64,000 nucleotides of DNA from the NCBI GenBank assembly GCA_002753335.1, contig PEAD01000013.1:1-64000 (forward strand), given 5' to 3'. The notes under the pieces were generated by a model. It saw nothing but the letters and a program-made list of their open reading frames with translations. It was not told the origin of the DNA and did no database searches. This document shows, in pieces, positions 38,187 to 49,035 of this stretch. How positions within the stretch are numbered: position 1 is the stretch's first letter; every line of letters starts with the position of its first letter. The stretch is from Nitrospirae bacterium MYbin3 (GTDB lineage: Bacteria > Nitrospirota > Thermodesulfovibrionia > Thermodesulfovibrionales > Dissulfurispiraceae). Made by a program: the position numbers and the translations under genes.

Positions 38187-38252
38187 GTCTAATTATACCA
38201 CATTGTTAGGTAAAACAATACAAAAAACAACAGACATGATTAATGACTGAGG

Positions 38253-38435
38253 TTACGGTTTGATATAGGCGTTCAGTCCGATGGTAACGAACTTGTCGTT
38301 CACCTTTGCTGTTGTGACTGCATTTCCACGTGTGCTGGCAACTACCAGAGTTTTGCCAGATGCTGATGGGGTAGGGGTTTCCAGATCGATTTCGATAAAA
38401 AGCTTGTTGTCTTTAATTTCAACTTTCATTGCCAT
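38253..38435 (-). CDS. Small hypothetical protein
   Basis: 60 aa with PSASGKTLVVASTRGN motif; AGGAG RBS. Confidence 0.7.
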   Translation of the reverse strand: MAMKVEIKDNKLFIEIDLETPTPSASGKTLVVASTRGNAVTTAKVNDKFVTIGLNAYIKP

Positions 38436-38524
38436 GGTGTAGTTTCTCCTTGCTGGAATTATTGTTCATCTATTATATATTATCGCTTAAGCAACTTTTT
38501 CGTTGCTGGCAAAAGGTAAAAATG

Positions 38525-38962
38525 TTATTCGATATCTATAGACTTTTTGTATTGGCACTTAAATCTTTCTTCTCTAGAAGCGAATTCATAGGTGAGTTTA
38601 TTGCCTTTCAAAACCATTATTTCTGTTACGACCCCATTGTATTTCTTCTCAGGACATTTCGAGCGGGTCGTTTTATTTATAAAAATGTTTGCGGATTTTT
38701 GATATGACCAGACATATTTGCATCCGCCTTTAACCACATCTTTGACCTTTGAAACATCCTTCATATTCATAGGCCATGTATGACGAGCTCCAAAAAGAAA
38801 AACTCTTCCCCGATTATTTTCATGGACTATCGTTTGCAGGCTTCCGGTAGGACATTTTTTAGGGCCTGAAATAAACTCATAGTCGCCTTCAAGTTCGGCC
38901 CTGACAGAATTGCACAGAAATAAAACAGACAATAAAATAGATAGGCTAAATATTTTTAGCAT
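38525..38962 (-). CDS. Hypothetical exported protein
   Basis: Signal peptide (…VRA|EL), four mature-domain Cys; lies just after the DGC stop. Confidence 0.6.
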   Translation of the reverse strand: MLKIFSLSILLSVLFLCNSVRAELEGDYEFISGPKKCPTGSLQTIVHENNRGRVFLFGARHTWPMNMKDVSKVKDVVKGGCKYVWSYQKSANIFINKTTRSKCPEKKYNGVVTEIMVLKGNKLTYEFASREERFKCQYKKSIDIE

Positions 38963-38969
38963 TGTCACT

Positions 38970-40586
38970 TTAGGCTTCGGAACTAAGCACGACCCTGTTC
39001 TTACCGGTAGTTTTTGCTTTATAGAGGGCCTTGTCAGAAGAGAGGACAATATCTTTTACATTAAGCGCATCCTCAGGGCATGTAGAGACGCCGATGCTGA
39101 CGGTGACCTTAATTTTATGTACTCCTTCTTGAAAAATAGTGAGCTCTACTGTGTCTCGTATTCTCTCGGCCACATACCTGCCGCTCTTTGAGTCGCTGGC
39201 CGGCAGGATTACTCCCAGCTCTTCCCCTCCGTAGCGGAACGCAAAATCGTCTTCTCTTATTGAAGCCATGATGCATTGTGAGACCCCCTTTAGCACGGTA
39301 TCTCCTGCAACATGCCCATAGGTGTCGTTAACCTTCTTGAAATTGTCTATATCTATCATCAGTAGTGTCAGCTTGTCGCCAAACTGCTCATAGTCAACGA
39401 ATTTTTTCTCTACATAGTATTTAAAGTGTCTCTTGGTATAAAGGCCGGTCAGCTCATCCGTTGTTGCCATATGGTAGAGGCGCGCATTTTCGAATGCTAT
39501 TGTTATATGTCCGGCCATGATCGTTATAAGATCGTGCTTCTGCGAATCGAAAGTCCCTGTGGTTTTTCCCACGCAAATAAGCGCCAGTAGTATGCTGTTT
39601 TTTTCGAGCGGAATGTATATCCGTTTTCTGTCCTCGGACATCTCGGTAGCAGAAAACTCTTTGCCCATCCAGCGTTTGAGGACATTCTTGAGCGGATCTC
39701 CATCATTTATTTTTTTTCTCGTGACTTCGCTGTCTGCATTATTCCATTCGCTGGCGCTGTAATCGGAGGCGACTTTGGGTATTATGATGAAGACTTCGTC
39801 CGCATCGAGCGACTCTTTGATAATGTCCATGGTGATATGTTTCAGCTCATCCATCTCGATGGATTTGCTGAGACGTTCTATCATGTTGTAGAGGAAGGTG
39901 CGGTCCGCATTCTGGCTGATTATCTCCCGGATGTATTTATTTAAAAAAGCTGAAATGAATGGCAAGAGAAAACAGAAGCACACAAATCCTGACCCGAAAA
40001 TTATAAGCTCAAGCCTGCTAATAAGTGAGTAGGTGCTTTCAAGAGACTGGTCTATTATCAGCTTGCCATTTATGCGTTGTGACTCAGGATGACAGCCGTA
40101 GCATGACTTCTCGTTATAGATCACCATTATGTTCCTGTGAATCTTTTTCCCGTCCTGTTCCAGAATTATGGTGCTCTGTGATGGGGGCTTATTGTCTTTA
40201 TGGTGGCAGCCGGTGCAGGATATGTTGCTGAGCCTATCCATGGTCTGCCCGATCTCTCTTTTGTCGGATGAGTATTTGACCTTACCGCTCCTGTTTAATA
40301 TGAAGGCCCTTAATATGGAACTGTTGTCTGACTTTATCTCTTCGAGCGTATTCTGGATCATTCCGGTAGTGCGCATCAGCATCAGTTTTTTGACGCTCGA
40401 TTTTACGGCGTTGCCTAATTCTCTTGTTTTTACGGCGCTGTTGTTCAGCAGGTCATTGCGCAGAGTCATAACTATGAAAAACACGGTAACTGCCATCGAA
40501 AACGACAGGATGACTATTATCCCTGCCAGTATCTTGTTTTTAAGAGGGAACAGCCAGTCTATGTCTTTCTGTCCGGAGCTTTGCAT
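38970..40586 (-). CDS. Diguanylate cyclase with periplasmic c-heme sensor domain and GAF
   Basis: TM - periplasmic domain with CTGCH and CYGCH - TM - GAF - DELTGL, REDD I-site, GGEEL. Confidence 0.88.
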   Translation of the reverse strand: MQSSGQKDIDWLFPLKNKILAGIIVILSFSMAVTVFFIVMTLRNDLLNNSAVKTRELGNAVKSSVKKLMLMRTTGMIQNTLEEIKSDNSSILRAFILNRSGKVKYSSDKREIGQTMDRLSNISCTGCHHKDNKPPSQSTIILEQDGKKIHRNIMVIYNEKSCYGCHPESQRINGKLIIDQSLESTYSLISRLELIIFGSGFVCFCFLLPFISAFLNKYIREIISQNADRTFLYNMIERLSKSIEMDELKHITMDIIKESLDADEVFIIIPKVASDYSASEWNNADSEVTRKKINDGDPLKNVLKRWMGKEFSATEMSEDRKRIYIPLEKNSILLALICVGKTTGTFDSQKHDLITIMAGHITIAFENARLYHMATTDELTGLYTKRHFKYYVEKKFVDYEQFGDKLTLLMIDIDNFKKVNDTYGHVAGDTVLKGVSQCIMASIREDDFAFRYGGEELGVILPASDSKSGRYVAERIRDTVELTIFQEGVHKIKVTVSIGVSTCPEDALNVKDIVLSSDKALYKAKTTGKNRVVLSSEA

Positions 40587-40678
40587 TATCTGAAAAGTGT
40601 ATGGGGCTTAGTTTTCATCACTATCGAAATTATATCATATGATTGTGAGGTAAAAGCATATCAAATAGTTTACGAAAA

Positions 40679-41203
40679 ATGGTATTTTATCCGATGTCAG
40701 AAAAAACTAAAAAGAGCGATCTTATTATCGAAGAACTGAAAAAACGGCGGGCAAGAGAGAAGGTTGTTGATGTTGAAGAAGATACAGTAAAGATAGTGGT
40801 CTTTACTGTTATGAATGCCTATTATGCTTTTTATGGGGAAGATGTAAAAGAGGTGCTTATCCCTCCTGAAATATTCTATGTTCCGGGATCTCCTGAGCAT
40901 ATTTTGGGAGTTATAAATGTGAGGGGCGATATAGAGTCTGTGCTGAATATAAATGGTTTTCTCGGACTTCCATCTTCTGAGGTTACACAAAAAACGCGTA
41001 TAGTAATTGTTGAAAAAAACGGAGTGCGTTCCGGAATTCAGATAGACTCTGTGGAGGATGTGATAGATCTGCCTGAGTCTTCGATAAAACCGCCGTTGTG
41101 TACGCTGGATAAGAAGGCAAGGGAATTTGTGAGCGGCGAGATGGTTTATAATGGCCGGGATGTGGTTCTGCTTAATGTTGGATCTATATTCGGAATGTTT
41201 TAG
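40679..41203 (+). CDS. cheW: CheW adaptor
   Basis: VPGSPEHILGVINVRGDI, GIQIDSVEDV. Confidence 0.9.
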   Translation: MVFYPMSEKTKKSDLIIEELKKRRAREKVVDVEEDTVKIVVFTVMNAYYAFYGEDVKEVLIPPEIFYVPGSPEHILGVINVRGDIESVLNINGFLGLPSSEVTQKTRIVIVEKNGVRSGIQIDSVEDVIDLPESSIKPPLCTLDKKAREFVSGEMVYNGRDVVLLNVGSIFGMF

Positions 41204-41205
41204 CT

Positions 41206-41643
41206 ATGGGTAATTCAGATGAGCACGCACAGTTTATTGATTCTCTTGAGCTCCTTCTTTTTTGCATAGATGGGATTAAGTTAGGGATAGATGCAACTCA
41301 GATTGAGGCGTTGCTTAAAATTGAAGATGCCGAGGCCGAGGGCATTAAACTTATAAGGTTTGATGAAATCGCAGCTTTTGCAGGAAGAAAATTATCTTAT
41401 AAAGAGCCGCGACAGCTGCTTCTTAAGACCGGTGAAGCTATAATCACAGAACAGCCTTACGACATTATAAATATTGATATTGATGCAATCAGGCCGCTAC
41501 CCTCTCTTTTTTGCAGCTCTCAATCTGCTGGCGGCGCTGTATGGGGAGCCGCAATACTGGATGCTGAAATTATTATGCTTGTCGATTTTTCAGGAGTTGG
41601 GTCATCGTGTGCTTTAGCGCACACATCGCAAATAGTTAACTAA
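41206..41643 (+). CDS. Degenerate CheW-like protein
   Basis: LLLFCIDGIKLGID, IRPLP..VWGA..IIMLVD; position within the che cluster. Confidence 0.65.
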   Translation: MGNSDEHAQFIDSLELLLFCIDGIKLGIDATQIEALLKIEDAEAEGIKLIRFDEIAAFAGRKLSYKEPRQLLLKTGEAIITEQPYDIINIDIDAIRPLPSLFCSSQSAGGAVWGAAILDAEIIMLVDFSGVGSSCALAHTSQIVN

Positions 41644-41675
41644 ATGGCTACATTAAACATCACATAGGGGGCGAT

Positions 41676-42593
41676 ATGAGTCTTAATCTAAAATGGCTGT
41701 TCAATGCCGAAAAATTTAACGGTATTATCAAAAGAATCTCGGACATTATATCGGTAACAAGCCGTAGGGCTGATGAGATTACTCATTCTATAGAGGAGCA
41801 GTCCAATACCGCTTCGCAGCTTTCGGCGGCAGTGGCCGAGATTACCTCGACAATGGAAGAGCTGTCAGCCTCTTCTACGCAGATAGCCGAACATTCCAAG
41901 TCTGTGGTGGATATAGCTAATAAGACGTGGGAGGATACCAAGAAGGGCGCCAAGGCTGTTGAAGGCGTCATAATGAAAATGAGCGAGATAAGCAACGACA
42001 ACGAGGAAAATATAAAGGAGATTGTTGACCTTGGGAAAAAATCGAAGGAGATAACCAAGGTGATGGAGATAATTAATACAATTGCTGACCAGACAAAGCT
42101 TATAGCCTTTAATGCCGCGCTTGAGGCTGCCAGTGCAGGAGAGTCGGGCAAAAGGTTTGGGGTTGTGGCGGTAGAAATCAGAAGGCTGGCGGACAGCGTC
42201 ATGGATTCGACCGAAGAAATAGCAACCAAGGTGAATGAGATACAGGAGGCTATAAACCGTCTTGTTATGAATTCTGAGAAAGGATCTAAGGGGATACAGG
42301 ATGGAATGAGCATGTCGGCAGAGACCGCATCACTTCTGATCGATATAGTTGAAGCCGCACAGGAAACCACAACTTCGGCTAAGCAGATTTCGCTTTCAAC
42401 CCAGCAGCAAAAGACCGCGAGCAATCAGGTTGTGGTTGCGTTAAGGGAGATTGTGGCAGGCACCGGGCAGACATCTAATTCAACAAGCAGAATAATTGCT
42501 ATAAGCAGGGAGATGTCGATGCTGGCAGAGGAAATGAAACGGCTGCTTGATGATTCAGGACTCAATGAATCCGGCAGTTCAGACGCGTCCTAG
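41676..42593 (+). CDS. Soluble methyl-accepting chemotaxis protein (signalling domain only)
   Basis: IADQTKLIAFNAALEAASAGESGKRFGVVAVEIRRLA hairpin tip; no TM segment. Confidence 0.92.
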   Translation: MSLNLKWLFNAEKFNGIIKRISDIISVTSRRADEITHSIEEQSNTASQLSAAVAEITSTMEELSASSTQIAEHSKSVVDIANKTWEDTKKGAKAVEGVIMKMSEISNDNEENIKEIVDLGKKSKEITKVMEIINTIADQTKLIAFNAALEAASAGESGKRFGVVAVEIRRLADSVMDSTEEIATKVNEIQEAINRLVMNSEKGSKGIQDGMSMSAETASLLIDIVEAAQETTTSAKQISLSTQQQKTASNQVVVALREIVAGTGQTSNSTSRIIAISREMSMLAEEMKRLLDDSGLNESGSSDAS

Positions 42594-42599
42594 CGAAGA

Positions 42600-43631
42600 G
42601 TGGTTATGAGCAAAATAAAGGTTCTTGTTGTTGATGACAGCAAACTGGCGCGTGAGATGATATCTGCTGTGCTATCCACCGACAGCGATATAGAGGTGGT
42701 TGGAGAGGCCTGCGACGGAAGTGAAGCGGTTAAAAAGGTCAGGGAGCTTAGTCCTGATATAGTTACTATGGATATAGAGATGCCGGTTATGAACGGTCTT
42801 GATGCCATAGAAAATATTATGGCCGATGCCGCTGTGCCTATACTTGTTGTTACAACCAGGGGCGACGCACAGACCGCATACGCCGCTATATCAAAAGGCG
42901 CTCTTGATATGATACAGAAGCCGGACCTGAATCCTGACAGTGCAAATGAGTTTATAGGAAAGATTAAGCTTCTTTCGAAAATAAAAGTTATTACGCATAT
43001 AGGCGGAAAGCTGCACAGGGCGAATGCTTCTACGGACAGGGGGGAGCAAAAATTAAATTTCTCGGGCAGTGACAGGGTAATAGCCATAGCTTCTTCAACA
43101 GGCGGGCCGGAGGCCCTTTCGGTTGTTCTGTCTGCACTGCCTGCTAGCCTGCCATGTCCTATTACGGTGGCGCAGCACATTTCTGATGGATTTGTTGCCG
43201 GCATGGTGGAGTGGCTGAAGAAGATAATAAGGCTTAAAATAAAAGTTGCTGAGGAAGGCGATATTTTGGAGGCCGGAACTGTATATGTATCGCCGTCCGA
43301 GAAGCATATGGAAATAAGCAGCGCAAAAAGGGTTTCTTTACGGAACAGGAGCCCCAAAGACATATACAGACCTTCCTGTGATACATTGTTGTCGTCGGCT
43401 GCGCGTGTATATGGCGGCAAGAGCATAGGCGTCATACTTACAGGGATGGGCAATGACGGCCCGTTAGGAATGAAGATGATAAAAGATTCCGGCGGGGCGA
43501 CCATAGCGCAGGATGCTAAGACGTCGGTGGTTTATGGGATGAACAAAGTCGCTATCGACAGCGGATGTATAGACAGTGTGCTCCCGATTGATAGTATATC
43601 GGCCGGAATTATTAATCTGCTAAGTAAATAA
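42600..43631 (+). CDS. cheB: CheB methylesterase response regulator
   Basis: REC plus ASSTGGP, AQHI, LTGMGNDG. Confidence 0.95.
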   Translation: MVMSKIKVLVVDDSKLAREMISAVLSTDSDIEVVGEACDGSEAVKKVRELSPDIVTMDIEMPVMNGLDAIENIMADAAVPILVVTTRGDAQTAYAAISKGALDMIQKPDLNPDSANEFIGKIKLLSKIKVITHIGGKLHRANASTDRGEQKLNFSGSDRVIAIASSTGGPEALSVVLSALPASLPCPITVAQHISDGFVAGMVEWLKKIIRLKIKVAEEGDILEAGTVYVSPSEKHMEISSAKRVSLRNRSPKDIYRPSCDTLLSSAARVYGGKSIGVILTGMGNDGPLGMKMIKDSGGATIAQDAKTSVVYGMNKVAIDSGCIDSVLPIDSISAGIINLLSK

Positions 43632-43633
43632 CA

Positions 43634-45103
43634 ATGGACATTGCCCCTTTTAAAGAAATTTTAAAAGAGAGGTGCGGACTTCATTTTGAAGAGGTAAGGA
43701 CCGCAAAGCTCGAGAGCGCAGTCTATGCCAGAATGTCTGACAGCGGTATTATGTCTACTGATGACTATCTGCAGAAAATATTGCACGATGCGGACGAGTT
43801 CAATAAACTCGTCAATATGGTCACAATTAACGAAACATATTTTCTAAGGGAGCGGGCTCATCTAAAACTGCTTGTTGACCGGTTGATTCCTGAAATGCTT
43901 AATGCCGGGCAAGATCAATCTATCAGGATACTTATCGCGGGCTGCTCTACAGGCGAGGAGCCTTATTCTATAATGATTGAGCTGTTCGAAAAATATAAAA
44001 ATTCGGCCTCTAAACTTGTATCTGTGATAGGCTTTGATATAGACACCGATGCTGTAGGAAAGGCGGTAGAAGGTGTTTACGGCCCTTCATCTTTCAGGAA
44101 TATGCATGACAGTGTCAGGGATAAATATTTTGATCATGCAGGGGAAAACACTTTCAGGATTAAAGATTTTATAAAAGAATCGGTGCGTTTGCGTGTGGCG
44201 AATCTGCATGAAGAAGAATTCCCGGATGAGTTTAGCTCTGTTGACATTATTTTTTACAGGAATGTATCGATTTATTTCGACACGGATACACAGAAGAAGA
44301 TATTTACCAATCTGGCCCGCTTGCTAAAAAAAGGAGGCTATCTTTTTGTAAGCGCCACAGAGACGTTTGCCCATAATATCGGGGTATTGAGCTTAGTGGA
44401 ACTTGATGGATCCTTCCTCTATCATAAAGGGGATATTATAGCTATTGAAGACAGAAGGAAGCGGTCCAGAACTATTTCTGAGCCTGCACCCTCTGCTGCT
44501 CCGGTAAAAAATAATTTTTCGAGCGGACAGCTTAGTGCTGCTCTGCATCAGTTTACCGAAAAATTTGGAACGGATAAGCGTGCATCTCATGACCTGTTTG
44601 ATAAGGCTTTATCATTTGCAAAAGACAAGCAGTACGAGAAAGCGGTTGCAGAACTGGACCGGCTGATAAGCCATGAGCCTTCTTTTGCAAAGGCGTATAT
44701 ACTCAAGGCAGGCGTGCTGATAAACATGAAAAGGCTGGATGAGGCGTGCGATAGCTGTCTTAAATGCATTGATTTTGAAAAGTGGTGTCTTGAGGCCTAT
44801 CTGCTGCTGGGCTTTATAGCAAAGATAAAAAATGATAATGACACCGCGCTCAGGAGATTTAAAGATGCGCTGTATATCGAGTCTTCATGCTGGCTGGCCC
44901 ATTTTTATATGGCAGAGATTTACAACCTGATAGGAGAAAAAAACAGCTCCTGCCGTGAGTATGAAATAACAGAGAAGCTCCTTGAAAAAGGGAATACCGG
45001 CGATCACGGCATAAATTATTTTCCTATTTATTTTGACAGGGAGCAGATGACACATCTTTGCAGGCATAACATAACAAAACTAAAGGGGATTAAGGCGGCT
45101 TAA
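43634..45103 (+). CDS. cheR: CheR methyltransferase with TPR domain
   Basis: TINETYFLRE, AGCSTGEEPYS, IFYRNVSIYF; C-terminal TPRs. Confidence 0.93.
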   Translation: MDIAPFKEILKERCGLHFEEVRTAKLESAVYARMSDSGIMSTDDYLQKILHDADEFNKLVNMVTINETYFLRERAHLKLLVDRLIPEMLNAGQDQSIRILIAGCSTGEEPYSIMIELFEKYKNSASKLVSVIGFDIDTDAVGKAVEGVYGPSSFRNMHDSVRDKYFDHAGENTFRIKDFIKESVRLRVANLHEEEFPDEFSSVDIIFYRNVSIYFDTDTQKKIFTNLARLLKKGGYLFVSATETFAHNIGVLSLVELDGSFLYHKGDIIAIEDRRKRSRTISEPAPSAAPVKNNFSSGQLSAALHQFTEKFGTDKRASHDLFDKALSFAKDKQYEKAVAELDRLISHEPSFAKAYILKAGVLINMKRLDEACDSCLKCIDFEKWCLEAYLLLGFIAKIKNDNDTALRRFKDALYIESSCWLAHFYMAEIYNLIGEKNSSCREYEITEKLLEKGNTGDHGINYFPIYFDREQMTHLCRHNITKLKGIKAA

Positions 45104-47316
45104 TGGCTATTGATCTTAAAAAATTCATTGGAAGGTTCATAGAAGAGGCCAAGGAGCATCTTGATAAGCTTGGTCAGGGAATCATGGATCTTGAAAAGTC
45201 TCCTGAAGACAGCGAAAATATCAACTCTATATTCCGCTCTGCACATACCATAAAAGGTTCGTCGCGAATGATGAATCTTACCCCGATAACCGAGGTGGCG
45301 CATAAGCTCGAAGATGTTCTAGGCAGTCTTCGTGACAAGAAGATAAAGCCTTCGGCTCGGCTGTCAGATTTGCTCCTCAGCGCGGTTGATGCTATTTCGG
45401 CTATGGTCGAGATGGTGGCTTCGGGCAAGGAGATTGCCGCAGACAACACAGCGCTTTGCGAAAGCCTTGTTCGGGCTGCAGAGAAAGGCTCTTCAGATAT
45501 GCCGGAAGAGCTGACAGCTCAGCCCAAAGACAGCTTGGTTGAAGAAAAGAAACCGACGGCCGCACCTGCTGTCGAAGACCATTCAAATATTGCGGCCCCT
45601 GATGCCAGGCAAAAAGTGCAGGAGACCTTCAAGATAAAGGCTGATAAACTGGATGATCTTATCAAGCTGATGGGTGAGATAGTGTCAGGCCAGAGCAGGC
45701 TTAGGCAGAGGCTCGGCGATGCAAAGGAAATAGAATCTATGGCCGCAAAGCAGTTGGCCGGAATAGAGGCTAAGGCGGCGCAGGGCGGTCTTGCAGAAGT
45801 TGCTGCTTCCTCTAAGTCTTTATTTGCAAGCATTAAAAAGCTGGTTGCGGATCTAAAAGATGATGTGAATATTTACGAACTGCTTACTGATGATCTTCAG
45901 GGCAAGACAGTGATGATGAGGATGGTACCGCTTTCAACCGCATTGGATTCTTTTCGCAGGATGGTGCGTGACATGTCGCGCTCTATAGGAAAAGAAGTAG
46001 AGATTATCATAGAAGGCGACAATATAGAACTCGACAAAAAGATTGTCGAGAAGATAGGCGATCCTTTGGTGCACATGATCAGAAACTCGATAGACCACGG
46101 GATAGAAAAGCCTGAGGAGCGTATCAACAAAGGCAAGCCCCTAAAAGGGAATATAAGACTTTCTGCGGTTTATGATGCCGGAAGCGTGCTTATAGAGATA
46201 GCGGATGACGGAGCAGGGCTGCCTTTGGAGAAGATAAAAGAAAAGGCGGTCAGAAAAAAAATATTCGCAGAAGAGGAAGCCAACGCGCTGAGAGAGTCCG
46301 AACTTATAGACCTTATTTTCCATCCTGGATTCAGCACCAGCGAGATAATTACGGATATATCAGGCAGAGGCGTCGGCATGGATGTGGTGAGAAAATATAT
46401 TATCGAAGATATGAAGGGGTCTATAAGGGTCGAAACTCAAAAGGATAAAGGCACGAATTTTTTTATAAGACTGCCGCTTACGCTGGCGGTTATGAGGCTG
46501 CTTCTCATATCATCATCCGGCTATATTTTTGCGGTTTCTGCTCATTATGTAAAAGAGGTTATCAGGGCGTCTGAGGACGAATTTATGACCGTAGTGGATA
46601 AAAAAGCGCTCAAACTGAGGAACGAATTCATTCCTGTTGTCAATATGGCGGAGCTCTTAAAGCTTCCAGCGGACAGGAAAAAACATGCAAGAAATAATGC
46701 GGCAGGAATGCTTATCTTGCTGACTCAGGTGGGCGATGAAAAGTTGGGTCTGATAATAGATGATCTGCTTGATGAAGAAGATATGGTGATAAAATCTCTT
46801 CCGGGGCATTTGAAGGGTATTCGCTTTGTCTCTGGCTTTACAGTTACCGGCAAAAACGAGATTATCAATGTGCTGCATATCCCGGCTGTTATAGAGGCTG
46901 CTTCTGAGGTGAAAGAGCGCAGGACCGAAATAAAGACCGCCGCGGCTGCCGGAGCCAGCATTCTTGTTATAGACGATTCCCTGAACACAAGAGAAATAGA
47001 AAAAAGCATACTTGAGTCGTATGGCTACTCGGTAACCTTGGCCGAAGACGGTCTTGACGGTTTCGAAAAGGCGATGAGAGGTAAGTTTGACGCTGTTATA
47101 ACCGACGTAGAGATGCCGCGTCTTGATGGTTTTTCTTTGACAGAAAAATTGAGAATGGAAGAAGCCTATAAACATACGCCTATAATCATAGTAACCTCGA
47201 GGCAGAAGGAAGAGGATAAGAGGCGCGGTATTTCGGTAGGGGCTGATGCGTATATAATAAAGGGTTCGTTTGAGCGTTCTAATCTGATAGAAACGATTCA
47301 GAATCTTATAGGATAA
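45103..47316 (+). CDS. cheA: Hybrid CheA-REC kinase
   Basis: FRSAHTIKG Hpt, HMIRNSIDHG, SGRGVGMDVV, CheW domain, C-terminal REC. Confidence 0.95.
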   Translation: MAIDLKKFIGRFIEEAKEHLDKLGQGIMDLEKSPEDSENINSIFRSAHTIKGSSRMMNLTPITEVAHKLEDVLGSLRDKKIKPSARLSDLLLSAVDAISAMVEMVASGKEIAADNTALCESLVRAAEKGSSDMPEELTAQPKDSLVEEKKPTAAPAVEDHSNIAAPDARQKVQETFKIKADKLDDLIKLMGEIVSGQSRLRQRLGDAKEIESMAAKQLAGIEAKAAQGGLAEVAASSKSLFASIKKLVADLKDDVNIYELLTDDLQGKTVMMRMVPLSTALDSFRRMVRDMSRSIGKEVEIIIEGDNIELDKKIVEKIGDPLVHMIRNSIDHGIEKPEERINKGKPLKGNIRLSAVYDAGSVLIEIADDGAGLPLEKIKEKAVRKKIFAEEEANALRESELIDLIFHPGFSTSEIITDISGRGVGMDVVRKYIIEDMKGSIRVETQKDKGTNFFIRLPLTLAVMRLLLISSSGYIFAVSAHYVKEVIRASEDEFMTVVDKKALKLRNEFIPVVNMAELLKLPADRKKHARNNAAGMLILLTQVGDEKLGLIIDDLLDEEDMVIKSLPGHLKGIRFVSGFTVTGKNEIINVLHIPAVIEAASEVKERRTEIKTAAAAGASILVIDDSLNTREIEKSILESYGYSVTLAEDGLDGFEKAMRGKFDAVITDVEMPRLDGFSLTEKLRMEEAYKHTPIIIVTSRQKEEDKRRGISVGADAYIIKGSFERSNLIETIQNLIG

Positions 47317-47329
47317 GGCGGGGGAGAGA

Positions 47330-49012
47330 ATGTTAGGTAAAAAGGTTGATATAAAGGACAAGCTGAAGAGGCTTGCTGAGTCATACGCAAAGCAGCTGCC
47401 GGCAAAGTCCGAAGAAATAGGAAGCTTTTTCGAAAAGGTGCTGTCCGAAACCAGCGCTGGAAATGATATTAAAAGTCTATGCCGAATGGTTCATACACTC
47501 AAGGGCTCGAGCGCATCTTTCGGCTATTTGCAGGTCAGACAGGCGGCGTTATCACTTGAGGATCGTCTAAAGAAGGTTGATGCTGATGGTTCTCTGCCTG
47601 ATAATGCTGTTGCTGAAATCAGGACTCTTATTGGGGAGCTGAAAAATACCTGTGCTGATCCGATTCTAAGTGATTCGACACCCTCAGACGGTGAGCAACA
47701 GTCTGCAGCATCCTCTGATGCTGCCGCCAAGGAAAAGTACGAAACAGATGATTCAAGACTTGTGTATGTTGTAGAACCTGATCAGGATCAGCTTAATAAT
47801 TTTGCGCTTCAGCTCAGGCAGTTCAGATATGATGTTAAGGTTTTTACCAACCTTCAGGATATGAAAGACGAAGTGCTTAAACTCGCTCCGGCGGTTATAA
47901 TCGTTGACGTAGTTTCACCCGAAGGAACCTGTTCTGGAACAGATGCCATAGTTGCAATAAATAAAGGCCGGGCTGTCCAAATTCCATTAGTTTTTATTTC
48001 GGGACGGGTTGATATAGAAGCAAGGATCGAAGCTGTGCGGGCCGGTGCCAGTGCTTACTTTGTAAAGCCTGTGAATATTATAGAGTTTGTTGAAAAGTTG
48101 GAAAAGATTACCACTCACGAAGAAGTTGAGGCGTACAGAGTGCTTATAGTTGATGACGATCCGGATCTTGCGGATTATCATTCTACGATACTTTCAGATG
48201 CAGGGATGTCCACATTCATAGTCACAAACCCGATGCAGATATTTCAGCCGCTTATAGAGTTCAGGCCGGACCTGATTTTAATGGACATGTATATGCCTTA
48301 CTGCAGCGGGATGGAGCTTGCCAAGGCGATACGCCAGATAGGTACTTATTTCAGCATACCTATAGTTTACCTTTCTGGAGAGACTGATATGGATATGCAG
48401 ATATCCGCAATGAGCATGGGGGGGGGATGATTCCTCACAAAACCGATAAAGCCGGAGCATCTTTTGGCATCGGTGGCTATCAGGGCAGAGAGGATGAGGA
48501 TAATAAGGTCGTTTATGGAAAGAGATAGTCTAACCGGACTCTTCAACCATACCAAGGCAAAGAAGGAGCTTGATATATCGGTATCCAGATCAGAAAGGAG
48601 CAGTGGCGAGCTTTGTTTTGCGATGGTGGATATAGATAAATTTAAATCGGTCAACGACACATACGGACATCCTGTCGGAGACAGGGTGATAATTGCACTC
48701 TCACGTCTTTTACAGCAGAGGCTAAGGAAAACCGATATCATAGGACGCTACGGCGGTGAGGAATTTGCTGTTGTTCTGCCCGATACAGATGCAGCATCCG
48801 CTTTTAGGGTTCTTAATGATATACGAGAAATTTTTTCTGGAATCAGATATCAGGTGGATAACGGAGATTTTGCGGCCACATTCAGCTGCGGCATAGCCTC
48901 AATTAAAGACTATAGAGGTTCTGCTGAAATAGGAAATGCAGCAGACAGAGCCTTGTATGAAGCCAAGAACAGCGGCAGGAACAGGGTGATAATTGCAGGG
49001 AATAAGGAATAG
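47330..49012 (+). pseudogene. Hpt-REC-REC-GGDEF diguanylate cyclase interrupted by an in-frame TGA at 48428-48430
   Basis: ORFs 47330-48430 and 48464-49012 are in the same frame and read MGGG*FLTKPIKPEHLLASVA; VHTLKGS Hpt, two RECs, RKTD I-site, GGEEF. Confidence 0.8.
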
Positions 49013-49035
49013 AATTTTTATGCAGGAGGTTATTC

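Noticed and set aside
42590..43504. Long antisense ORFs (for example 42590-43504, 41783-42424, 46657-47361, 18070-18741)
   Set aside because: They lie opposite well-supported genes and show no motifs; treated as shadow ORFs.
48428..48430. Selenocysteine recoding of the in-frame TGA
   Set aside because: The position corresponds to Asp in the REC GxDDF motif, not Cys, and no SECIS-like hairpin is evident downstream.
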